Shown here: piece after piece, positions 1 to 8,583 of the stretch
How the letters are laid out: each line of letters begins with the position of its first letter
Position numbering within the stretch: position 1 is the stretch's first letter
Program-made: the position numbers and the translations under genes
NCBI GenBank assembly: GCA_048882485.1
Contig: JBHLRP010000041.1
Coordinates: 1 to 28,449, forward strand
Source of the DNA: Candidatus Thorarchaeota archaeon
Lineage (GTDB): Archaea; Asgardarchaeota; Thorarchaeia; Thorarchaeales; Thorarchaeaceae
Length of the DNA stretch: 28,449 nt
Direction of reading: 5' to 3'
The notes under the pieces: generated by a model
Told to the model about the DNA's origin: nothing
The model's database searches: none
The model's input: the letters and a program-made list of their open reading frames with translations, nothing else

Positions 1-848
1 CTCTCAAGAGGAGATACAAGAATTCCTTCATTGGTCACTTTCAGAACAACCCTTTTTCTGATTCCAGCAAGTTTCCTAACTGTATCTGGAATCACCATCC
101 GCCCTTTGGCGTCGACCTCGGTTATATCTCCGTATAAAGTATGACGCTGGCCCTCTATTAGCCCATCACGAATTCTGATTACGCGGCTCGCGTATTCTGC
201 TACTCTGGGATTATGAGTAACATTCACAATGCATGTGCCAAAATCCTTGTTTATCTTTTTCAGAGCCTCCATCACCATCACGGCAGTCTCTGAATCTAGC
301 TCACCTGTTACCTCATCTGCAAGAAGTAATTCTGGTTTGTTCGCCAGGGCAACACAGATGGCAACTCTCTGATTCTCCCCTCCACTCAGCTGGCTTGGCT
401 TGTGGGTCACCCTGTCTGACAAACCCATTGTATCCAGAAGCATATTCGCTCTCTCATTCGCAGCAGCCTTTGGCGCACCAGCAAGTCGCATTGGAAGAGT
501 GACATTCTTGAATGCTGTGAGACCAGGCACCAGGTTGCCAATCTGCCAGACAAATCCAACCTTGGCTCTTCTGAATAGCATCGAACGTCTGTCATCCAGA
601 AGAGTGACACTATTACCGTCGAAGAGAATCGTGCCTGCTGTGGGCTTGTCAAGAGCTCCAAGCATTTTCAATAATGTCGATTTTCCTGACCCGCTTGGCC
701 CCACGATGCTCAGGAACTCACCATGCCCAACCTCAAAATCCAGACCTCGAAGGGCTATTACTTCCTTCAGTCCACGGCGATAGACCTTCATTAGGTCTCT
801 CACGACTACTTTGTTTTCGTGTGCAACTTTTTCCAAGTCTTCTGACAT
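1..848 (-). CDS. ABC transporter ATP-binding protein (LolD/MacB-like) with C-terminal AbrB/MazE-like tail; runs off the window edge
   Basis: Not in the ORF track; translated manually from ATG 848 (MSEDLEKVAHENKVVVRDLMKVY). Walker A GPSGSGKST, signature LSGGENQRVAI, Walker B/D-loop LLLADEVTGELD, H-loop VTHN, then TEVDAKGRMVIPDTVRKLAGIRKKVVLKVTNEGILVSPLE. No stop before base 1. Confidence 0.92.
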   Translation of the reverse strand, partial: MSEDLEKVAHENKVVVRDLMKVYRRGLKEVIALRGLDFEVGHGEFLSIVGPSGSGKSTLLKMLGALDKPTAGTILFDGNSVTLLDDRRSMLFRRAKVGFVWQIGNLVPGLTAFKNVTLPMRLAGAPKAAANERANMLLDTMGLSDRVTHKPSQLSGGENQRVAICVALANKPELLLADEVTGELDSETAVMVMEALKKINKDFGTCIVNVTHNPRVAEYASRVIRIRDGLIEGQRHTLYGDITEVDAKGRMVIPDTVRKLAGIRKRVVLKVTNEGILVSPLE

Positions 849-854
849 GATTCA

Positions 855-3671
855 TCATTCCACATATTGAATTTCCATTGCGATGTTTCGTCCAAGATTT
901 CGGGCGACAACAAAATAGGTCGCCGCTAGACTGGAGAGCACTGCGGCTCCCAGAATCGTCACAAGTAAAGCTGTCGGCACAGCAAGAATTACCGGGAGTC
1001 TATTCCACAGCTGGATTGTCATACTACCCATGTACGTAAGAGGTAGTTGAATCACGAAGCTTGTCAACAGGAGACCTACCAATCCTCCAATCATCGCTGC
1101 AAGGACTACTCCAGTCAGTGACTCTATGAGCACTGCAACAAGGATAGATCTTGGTTCAGCACCCAGTGCCCGCATGACAGAAAATTGCCTCCGCAGTTTG
1201 CCGAATCTAACCATGGCAACGATGAGAACTCCTGCAGTCAAGTAAATGAAAGCGAATACAACATTCAACGTGTAGGCTCCATAAATCGATTGCCCGGCTC
1301 TTGATTCAAGTGCAGAATCAATTCGAGCTTGAGCTGATTCAAGTGTTTGAAAGCTGTTTGGAGCAATCTCGTGGAGGTCACGAAGAACCCGAGTGTAGTT
1401 TGTTCCATCCACAATGTCGACATAGATTCTTTCAATTTGCGAAGTGTTTAGGCAAGCCTGAACGTAGTCTATATTCATAACCAGAAAGTTGTTGGCGGAA
1501 GATTCGCCAGGGAGGTATTTGTTGCCACCATAGGAATCATAGGTTGATGCCATCACATCTATGATTGTGCATTCACTAATGTTCTCCCAGTATAGCCCAC
1601 TCAAAGTTAGAGTTAGCAAATCGCCGTAAATTGGCGTATACTGCATGCCACTAATCTGATAGCGTTCTATTGGCTTGAACGAGCTAAGAATAGTTGAGTT
1701 GTCGTAGGCCAGTTGAGGTATTGAGTCTTGAGGGAGTGTATCCTTTGTGAAATAGTCTAGCCAGAAAGCCGAATCTAACCACTCATTCGGTTGAACTCCA
1801 TAGACTGTGACGGGCTGCGTGACGTTTACTCTCGTTCCCCATTCGGAGGTCCAATAGTTTACTTCGGCTTCAGTTTTAATCATACCACTCGCATGAGCCA
1901 CACCCTCAACCGCAGTTATATTCTCTAATATATCAAGTGTCACATTCTGCAATCCTGGGGCCACTTCAATGCTGATATCAGCTCCCACCTCAAACATCAG
2001 GACCTGGTTCATATGTGTCGTGCCAGTGGTAGCTGAAAGAGAAGAGAAGATGCCTGCCGCGAAAACCATTGCTACGAACATCACGCCCATGGCTTCACTC
2101 TTCTTGAATAGTCGAATGTTGCCTGAGATAACACGGGTGCCAGCGTGCAGAGATTTTCGGTCTATTCGGCCAAGAACTTTGGATTTCACTGACGATGTAG
2201 GACGAGACAGTAGTCTTGTGAGCGCGACAGTGAAAATGCCTAGAAGCGGAATTACGATTGCAGCAAATAGCATTGCACTATAGGTGTTCATTGTCATGTA
2301 GGTCATTGCAAACAAGATTGGGGTGAGTAGATACCCCGAGATACCTAATGCAAGGAGATCAATCCCCGGACTACTCATTTTCTCTACTTCAACAAGGACC
2401 TCCCTCTCAATAATGCTGTGAGCCTCTGTTGGTGTCATCAGCAATGCTCTAACCGCGGAAGGCAGCGCTACAATCAATCCTACGATGAATGCAAAGAGGA
2501 AGACTGCTATTGTTGCCTCAGGAGTGAGAAGGAGCGAAAACTCAGCTAGCATATCCAGCCTGAATGAAAGGAATTCCCGAACAGTTGCTGAAACTAGGGC
2601 TGATATAGCTCCAGTGACAATAGCACCAAAACTGCCCAAGATTCCTGTTGTCAGTGCTATGCTTAAAATCCATCTAAACGCCTGCCCCCCTGATGCTCCC
2701 CGGGTCTTTAGTGTGCCAACATCTTTTCTTCTCTCATCAGCGAGCAAGTTCGAGTTATAATAGACGAGCATCACTGCCATTACAAGGGTTGGAATTGAGA
2801 ATGCTAATGCTACAGCGCGCATACTCGTTCCCCATGTCATATATTCATAGACGGCCCAAAGGAGAGCGAAATCGCTGACTCTTGCATATGGTAATGCTTG
2901 CTGCTCTATTCTATGCTCTATTTCTTGCATAGCTGAAACAGGGTCAGTAGTCTCTACAATATCATGGTCCACGGTTGACCAAATCTCGTCTTGTAGTCCT
3001 CCATAATATCCCGGATCAAGATCCTCAAAGGTTTGAGTGAGACCTTCTCTTGTCGTTACCATAAGAAGGGATGTGCCTATGGTGTCTTCCCAGTAGTAAT
3101 ACTGTATGAACAAGGCTGTGGTGAATGTACCTACGATTGTAAAATTGTAATCAATAGTATACCAGGATCCCGAAGTTTCATTGTAGGTTTCCATCCATAC
3201 TGTGAGGTTATCGCCAATCGAGAGACCTAGTCTCCCGAGCTTAGCTTCTTCAACAACACATGTGGTATCAGTAATGGTGGATGAGTCTATATCAAGATCA
3301 AGAGCATTGGGGAAAGTATCATAGAAGGTGTCATTAATACCGAGAAGTATGTTGAACGCATCCCGATGGTCTTCCTGGCGCCAATCATAGTATTCAAGTT
3401 TCGACACGGTTTCAGTGTCTTCAATCCATTCTTGTGACGTCACAATTTGCTCTATATCAGCCATAGTGGTTTCATTCTGTTGATAGAAAGAATAGCTGAA
3501 GGTAAGGTGCATGTCAACGGGTATATCTTCTGTCATCTCCGCGAGGACATGAGGTCCTGCACTGTCCATATAGAATAGAATACCACCTAGCACTCCTGCT
3601 GAGATTGAGAACACGATTAGTGTTGCAGCAACTTGAGGCGCACGTGACACCATGCGTGCCGCTAGGAACAT
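855..3671 (-). CDS. FtsX/MacB-like ABC transporter permease (two-repeat, about 938 aa)
   Basis: N-terminal TM, large extracytoplasmic domain, ERRKDVGTLKTRGAS and RRQFSVMRALGA FtsX-type motifs, two TM clusters, many N-x-S/T sequons; flanked by ABC ATPases. Confidence 0.88.
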   Translation of the reverse strand: MFLAARMVSRAPQVAATLIVFSISAGVLGGILFYMDSAGPHVLAEMTEDIPVDMHLTFSYSFYQQNETTMADIEQIVTSQEWIEDTETVSKLEYYDWRQEDHRDAFNILLGINDTFYDTFPNALDLDIDSSTITDTTCVVEEAKLGRLGLSIGDNLTVWMETYNETSGSWYTIDYNFTIVGTFTTALFIQYYYWEDTIGTSLLMVTTREGLTQTFEDLDPGYYGGLQDEIWSTVDHDIVETTDPVSAMQEIEHRIEQQALPYARVSDFALLWAVYEYMTWGTSMRAVALAFSIPTLVMAVMLVYYNSNLLADERRKDVGTLKTRGASGGQAFRWILSIALTTGILGSFGAIVTGAISALVSATVREFLSFRLDMLAEFSLLLTPEATIAVFLFAFIVGLIVALPSAVRALLMTPTEAHSIIEREVLVEVEKMSSPGIDLLALGISGYLLTPILFAMTYMTMNTYSAMLFAAIVIPLLGIFTVALTRLLSRPTSSVKSKVLGRIDRKSLHAGTRVISGNIRLFKKSEAMGVMFVAMVFAAGIFSSLSATTGTTHMNQVLMFEVGADISIEVAPGLQNVTLDILENITAVEGVAHASGMIKTEAEVNYWTSEWGTRVNVTQPVTVYGVQPNEWLDSAFWLDYFTKDTLPQDSIPQLAYDNSTILSSFKPIERYQISGMQYTPIYGDLLTLTLSGLYWENISECTIIDVMASTYDSYGGNKYLPGESSANNFLVMNIDYVQACLNTSQIERIYVDIVDGTNYTRVLRDLHEIAPNSFQTLESAQARIDSALESRAGQSIYGAYTLNVVFAFIYLTAGVLIVAMVRFGKLRRQFSVMRALGAEPRSILVAVLIESLTGVVLAAMIGGLVGLLLTSFVIQLPLTYMGSMTIQLWNRLPVILAVPTALLVTILGAAVLSSLAATYFVVARNLGRNIAMEIQYVE

Positions 3672-6508
3672 TATAGATCTCCTCCATATGGCCCTGCTTC
3701 AGCCCATGCAGCATTTAGAGCTGCTGCGATATTGACTCTAGAACCCAGCAGAGCTATCGCAGCGATGAACAATATTGTTGACACAATGAAGAACATCAAG
3801 ACAATGACAAGTGTGAACCAAGGAATTACTGGGAATACCGCCACTGGAAACAGGAAAGACCACGTACTGTATGACCCTAGCGACGAGATTAGGGAATTGG
3901 CTATGAAAAGCGGGCCATATCCCAAAAGCAGGAAGAGGCTGACAAGAGTCAATACCAGGAGTTCAGCACCTTGTGCCCCTACTACTAGGCTGTTTCTTGC
4001 GCCAATGGATCTGAGGAGCGCAATCTCTCTTTTCCTTGAAGTGATTCCTTCAACGGCATAGATTCCAAATGCTCCTAGGATTACTCCTACAGTAAACGTA
4101 GTGAGCATTGTGTCAACGGCACGGTCCATTTGGTAGACTACTTGCCCCAAGTAATATGCCACTTCAAAATCCACTGTACCCCATTGCTCGAACATTATGA
4201 CTCCAGAACCACCAGAATCAAGAACATCGGCAGCCATCGCAGTGCCGTTGGCATTTCTCCTGGCAGATGCCACGCAGAAATGTTGTGTTTCGGAAGTTTC
4301 GTTCAACAACGTTTCCGCAAAAGCTCTATGAATCCATGCGCGACGAGTTCCATATGACTCGTAATAATAATAATATGGTGGTGGTGGAACGATCTGTGCT
4401 GCTGAATAGCCATACTCCATGTAATAGACACCTCCACCAGAGCGGTAATTTGAGTATTTCACTAGTACTTCCGGAATGGCAGGAGCGATACCAATTATGG
4501 TGAACTCAAAGACTTGCGGAACCTCGCCTTGTTCAAATGCTCGAAGAATGTCTCCTACATCGAAGCTATATGTGTCTGCAATGTCCTGTGTTAGGATAAT
4601 TCCTGTTGGATTGTCTTCTAGCTCCATAAGTAGTGGGCTTAAGCTGGATTCATTTAGTCGGACTCCCGACTGGTCATATCCAATCTGACTATACTCTTGT
4701 GGGTCAATAGCAGCAAAATACGCTCGACTATACCAATCATCAGCCAAATACAGAGTTGTGACATCAATCTGTGTCACCGCTTCTGTTGCTGCATGGCTCG
4801 AGATATTCTGAAGGAATCCATCCCACTGGGATTCCTGAAGTGGGTCTAGCTGAAAAGCCACATCTGCGCCCATTGCAAATCTTGAATGATTTAGATGAGT
4901 TGCAGGAAGCGTGCTGTCAACCAGTGCATTGTTCCATGCCAGACTTATTGCCAACACCAGCACCATGACCGCAGGTCCCGCTGAGGAGGCTTCTTTTCCA
5001 ATCCGGCGCACTCCCACTGACGAGGAAACCTCTCCTACTATTCTGACGAATCGTTTCGACAACATGACGGATCCTCGTCTTAGACCTTTGATCACTAAGC
5101 TAGCAACTCCCAGGAAGAGTGGTAACGGAGTTATCGACGCTATGAAACCTAGAAGGAAATTGGATTGAATCTCCGGACCTCCGGCATAGAGCGCAAGCAT
5201 CAGGAGTGAAGTCAATACAACAATCAAAGCATCCCAGCGGATTAATGTGAGACCTCTGGAAACTTTCGCCAATCTTCCAGTGCTTTCTTCAACGGTCTTC
5301 TTTGTGGAGTAAATTGCTCTATATCCAACGAGCGTGAACAAAGGCAACAGGAAGCCTATGACCAGAGCCATCAGCAAAGACTCCAATGAGATGAGGAAGG
5401 GCTCTGTTATCATCAATGTGAAGTCAAACTGGAAGAACCCTGTAGACGCAATCGCGATTCGACTTCCAAGCAAGCCAAAAATCGGTCCTAGTAGGCAAGA
5501 TGCAAGAGCGATGAGTCCTATCTCTCTATTGATAATCCCATTTACGTCTCCTTCTGAAGCACCTCTCGCCATAAGCATATTAGCTTCATATCGTCTTTCA
5601 TTCACGTTGAAGCGAATCGCCAGAAAGCTGACCATTATCACAAGAACGATGATGGCCCCCGCACGCATCAGCTGTGACATTCTTGTTGTAGTTTGCCAGA
5701 CAATGTACGACCTGACGCCGTTCTCTAATAAGTTGCTTGTGGAGTATCTAGAGTATTGAAAGGTTCCATATGATGGGTCTAGTTCCAAAATCTGTTGATT
5801 GATGCCACTCAGAAAGAAGAGTGCGCCATTAGCATCAAAGGGGCCGATCCTGGACCTATCAATGTCAGCATGAATTGCATCTCTTTGATCCAATTGTCCA
5901 ATTAGTGATTCGACTACAATCAGATCAGCATAGAAGTAGTAGTCACTGAACCAATCACTTCCTCCTGAATCACCGATAGTGAAGACTCCGACGACTCTGA
6001 CTTCTTCAGCATCATACTCATCATCTGTGATTGAGAAATTCACAGTAGAACCATAGGTGATGTTAATCCATTCATATTGAAGCAAGTAATCTGCGATGGC
6101 GATCTCAGACTCATTCTGAGGCAGTCTGCCTTGGACTATATTATAGATATTGGGAAATTCTTCGAGATATTCCTCCGATAACGCCTTGGTCTGCATCCAA
6201 TCTCCCTGGTATCCCCACTCATTATAGGTATATATCACGCCAGCTGAGCCCTCGAGAAGTATTGCCTTTGTGACGCCATCGATCTGCCTGATTCTGGGCA
6301 GTGCATTGGCAAGATTCAGTTCCCATGATTCGATGATGAGGGAAACATCTCCAACATCGACAGACTCGTCCCAATAATGTACCGAATAGGAATCGACATA
6401 GACACTCATACCCATGACTATTGTAGACACCAGGAGGAAGCTGAGCAGAGTCACTCCTCTTCGCCGCTTGCTCTGGAACGCTTCGTACCCCGCAGGAACA
6501 GCCGCCAA
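3671..6508 (-). CDS. FtsX/MacB-like ABC transporter permease (second paralog, about 945 aa)
   Basis: ERRYEANMLMARGAS and RKREIALLRSIGA motifs, same architecture as its neighbour; its stop overlaps the next start (TAATG at 3671), indicating translational coupling. Confidence 0.88.
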   Translation of the reverse strand: MAAVPAGYEAFQSKRRRGVTLLSFLLVSTIVMGMSVYVDSYSVHYWDESVDVGDVSLIIESWELNLANALPRIRQIDGVTKAILLEGSAGVIYTYNEWGYQGDWMQTKALSEEYLEEFPNIYNIVQGRLPQNESEIAIADYLLQYEWINITYGSTVNFSITDDEYDAEEVRVVGVFTIGDSGGSDWFSDYYFYADLIVVESLIGQLDQRDAIHADIDRSRIGPFDANGALFFLSGINQQILELDPSYGTFQYSRYSTSNLLENGVRSYIVWQTTTRMSQLMRAGAIIVLVIMVSFLAIRFNVNERRYEANMLMARGASEGDVNGIINREIGLIALASCLLGPIFGLLGSRIAIASTGFFQFDFTLMITEPFLISLESLLMALVIGFLLPLFTLVGYRAIYSTKKTVEESTGRLAKVSRGLTLIRWDALIVVLTSLLMLALYAGGPEIQSNFLLGFIASITPLPLFLGVASLVIKGLRRGSVMLSKRFVRIVGEVSSSVGVRRIGKEASSAGPAVMVLVLAISLAWNNALVDSTLPATHLNHSRFAMGADVAFQLDPLQESQWDGFLQNISSHAATEAVTQIDVTTLYLADDWYSRAYFAAIDPQEYSQIGYDQSGVRLNESSLSPLLMELEDNPTGIILTQDIADTYSFDVGDILRAFEQGEVPQVFEFTIIGIAPAIPEVLVKYSNYRSGGGVYYMEYGYSAAQIVPPPPYYYYYESYGTRRAWIHRAFAETLLNETSETQHFCVASARRNANGTAMAADVLDSGGSGVIMFEQWGTVDFEVAYYLGQVVYQMDRAVDTMLTTFTVGVILGAFGIYAVEGITSRKREIALLRSIGARNSLVVGAQGAELLVLTLVSLFLLLGYGPLFIANSLISSLGSYSTWSFLFPVAVFPVIPWFTLVIVLMFFIVSTILFIAAIALLGSRVNIAAALNAAWAEAGPYGGDL

Positions 6509-6517
6509 CTACAACCC

Positions 6518-7204
6518 TCACGCGTTTGTTATCAGTCCATCTCTCATCATGAGCACACGGTCCATCTTCTGGCCAACATCCGGATCGTGAGTGACACAGA
6601 TCAATGTGCCACCTTCACCTTTAGTCAGTTCGATAAGTACTTTCATGATCTCTTCGCCTGTTGTTGAATCAAGGTCTCCTGTCGGTTCATCGGCAAGTAC
6701 GACAATCGAGCTCGCTGAGCCTGGAGGCTTCGCTAGGGCGCGGGCAATTGCCACACGTTGCTGTTCTCCACCGCTGAGTTCATCCGGGCGGTGCTCTGCT
6801 CTTTCTTCCAAGCCGACAAGATTGATCAAATGGTCGACCCTTGCCTTTCTGGTTTCTTCATCAACACCACTGATGAGAAGTGGGAGCTCAACGTTCTCAT
6901 ATGCAGAAAGCACGGGCAAGAGGTTGAAGAATTGAAAAACAAAAGAGATCTTTTCTCGTCTAACATTGGTCAGATCTGTTTCGCTCATGTCTGTGATATC
7001 TACTCCGTCAACGTGGACCCTTCCGCCAGTAGGCCTATCAAGTGCTCCAATCAGATTGAGAAGAGTTGTCTTGCCCGATCCACTTGGGCCCATGATAGCT
7101 ACAGATTCTCCTCTTTTGATGGAGAGCGACACATCTGTCAGAGCATGCACCTGTATCTCTCCCATCGTATATGTTCTTGAAACATCATCTAGGCGCACAA
7201 TCAC
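6518..7204 (-). CDS. ABC transporter ATP-binding protein (LolD/MacB-like)
   Basis: [45 protein letters not shown]. The true start may be a few codons upstream (in-frame CTG after a GGAGTGG RBS-like sequence). Confidence 0.95.
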   Translation of the reverse strand: MIVRLDDVSRTYTMGEIQVHALTDVSLSIKRGESVAIMGPSGSGKTTLLNLIGALDRPTGGRVHVDGVDITDMSETDLTNVRREKISFVFQFFNLLPVLSAYENVELPLLISGVDEETRKARVDHLINLVGLEERAEHRPDELSGGEQQRVAIARALAKPPGSASSIVVLADEPTGDLDSTTGEEIMKVLIELTKGEGGTLICVTHDPDVGQKMDRVLMMRDGLITNA

Positions 7205-7487
7205 ATCATCATTCAGCTGAAACCACTCCTATTTAGAGCAAGCCCGCTTCTCTATGAAACCCATTCCCCGATTCTAATAAATTGCTCCTTTCTCTTTGCG
7301 AAAAGAGATATGGATTTGAGTAAATTGAGAAGCTTCCGGCTATAAAGTCAACTATCTGAGAAAGATTGTACCCTATTATTCATAATGACGTTGCGCTAAT
7401 GCAATCCCTTCTTATTTCAATCATCTCCTGCTATCATACGAAGCTTTATCAGAAATCAAGGTATTATCTGATTGTAGAATAGTTTAG

Positions 7488-8144
7488 GTGCAACAAGGAT
7501 TGTCTGATGAGATCATGGAAATGCGGTATGAATTCTTCAGCTGGAGAGGATTCTTTGTAGGTGCCGTTACAATCTGTGTTGCTCTTGCTATTCAGTCTCT
7601 TCTTGGATTCCCTGCCATTTGGGCTGAGATGGGAACTGAGTTTGCAGTTCTGATTGCCCTGACAGGGCTGGTTGTAGGCATTGCCTCTGGAAGTATACTG
7701 GTCTTTTTGTATCCGCCAAATCAGGACATAATAGGTGTGGTTGGTCTCGGCAGTGATGATACACCTCAGTATCTATCCTTGGCGCTTGTGATCATCGCTC
7801 TAGTCGATCCAATTCTGAGCGGCTTCATCTTCTTCTTTGATTATTTCACGAATGACCCATTCATTGTTATTTGGGTAATGGCTAGTTTTGCGGCTCCCAG
7901 TATCGGGCTTACTGCGGCGATGTTTGACCGTACGAATGCCATCTCGGCAGACCTCAGGCTATATTTCGCTCATCATGACAAACTGAATCTGACTAGCATA
8001 GACTGGCTTCAGGGAGTAGGCCCTCGAACTGCGATGTATCGTATGGGCATGCTGGAAAGCGCGGCAAGGAAACTTGATGGACTTCGCTTCTCTGGGCATG
8101 TGATAATCAGGGAGAAGGATGTCTTCTCAGTTAAGAATGAATGA
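7488..8144 (+). CDS. Hypothetical membrane protein (about 4 TM plus a soluble C-terminal tail)
   Basis: 218-aa ORF with four hydrophobic segments; fills the gap between the ABC operon and the convergent 8152 gene. Confidence 0.75.
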   Translation: MQQGLSDEIMEMRYEFFSWRGFFVGAVTICVALAIQSLLGFPAIWAEMGTEFAVLIALTGLVVGIASGSILVFLYPPNQDIIGVVGLGSDDTPQYLSLALVIIALVDPILSGFIFFFDYFTNDPFIVIWVMASFAAPSIGLTAAMFDRTNAISADLRLYFAHHDKLNLTSIDWLQGVGPRTAMYRMGMLESAARKLDGLRFSGHVIIREKDVFSVKNE

Positions 8145-8151
8145 AATTCAG

Positions 8152-8472
8152 CTACTTGATATGTTTCTTCTGCATATGGCTTACCAGTCCTTCCTCAGTC
8201 CAAGCAACCCACTCACACTTAAGACAGCTAAGCCTTGAGCTTCCCAGGCCAAATCTGGGTGCGCTCCTTTCTTCTAGCTCATAGATGGTTCCTCCATACC
8301 CACTCCGCTTCTTTGCGTTTACCTTGAACCGCTTCATGAAGCAATCAATACAGATCCACATGCCTTTTCGAGCATCATTTATGAATTGCTCTTCCAAGTC
8401 TCGTGCTATGCCAATGGGATCGACATTCCTCCCGCAGCTTTCGCATTTATCTTCCGTATCGACCACACTCAC
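8152..8472 (-). CDS. Small zinc-finger protein (CxxC...CxxC plus a C-terminal C2H2 finger)
   Basis: CESC ... CIDC, and CLKCEWVAWTEEGLVSHMQKKH (C-x2-C-x12-H-x4-H). Confidence 0.8.
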   Translation of the reverse strand: MSVVDTEDKCESCGRNVDPIGIARDLEEQFINDARKGMWICIDCFMKRFKVNAKKRSGYGGTIYELEERSAPRFGLGSSRLSCLKCEWVAWTEEGLVSHMQKKHIK

Positions 8473-8583
8473 CGAGGATAGTAGGGAGTATCAGCTATGC
8501 ATTGAGTTCATGATGGCAGTGGAGTATAAGGCTATTTCCAATCCTTGGCGAATCTTCTTATGAAATCCTTGCAGAGGCAGGAC

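Noticed and set aside
4361-4387. PPPPY as a WW-binding/ESCRT late-domain motif
   Set aside because: It lies in a predicted extracytoplasmic domain, inaccessible to cytoplasmic partners.
233-7220. Numerous short alternative-frame ORFs (60-141 aa, mostly plus strand) over the ABC operon
   Set aside because: Antisense or off-frame shadows of well-supported minus-strand genes; no motifs.
7291-7308. TCTCTTT-GCGA-AAAGAGA hairpin in the ABC promoter gap
   Set aside because: A single weak AT-rich 7-bp stem; insufficient to call an RNA element or operator.
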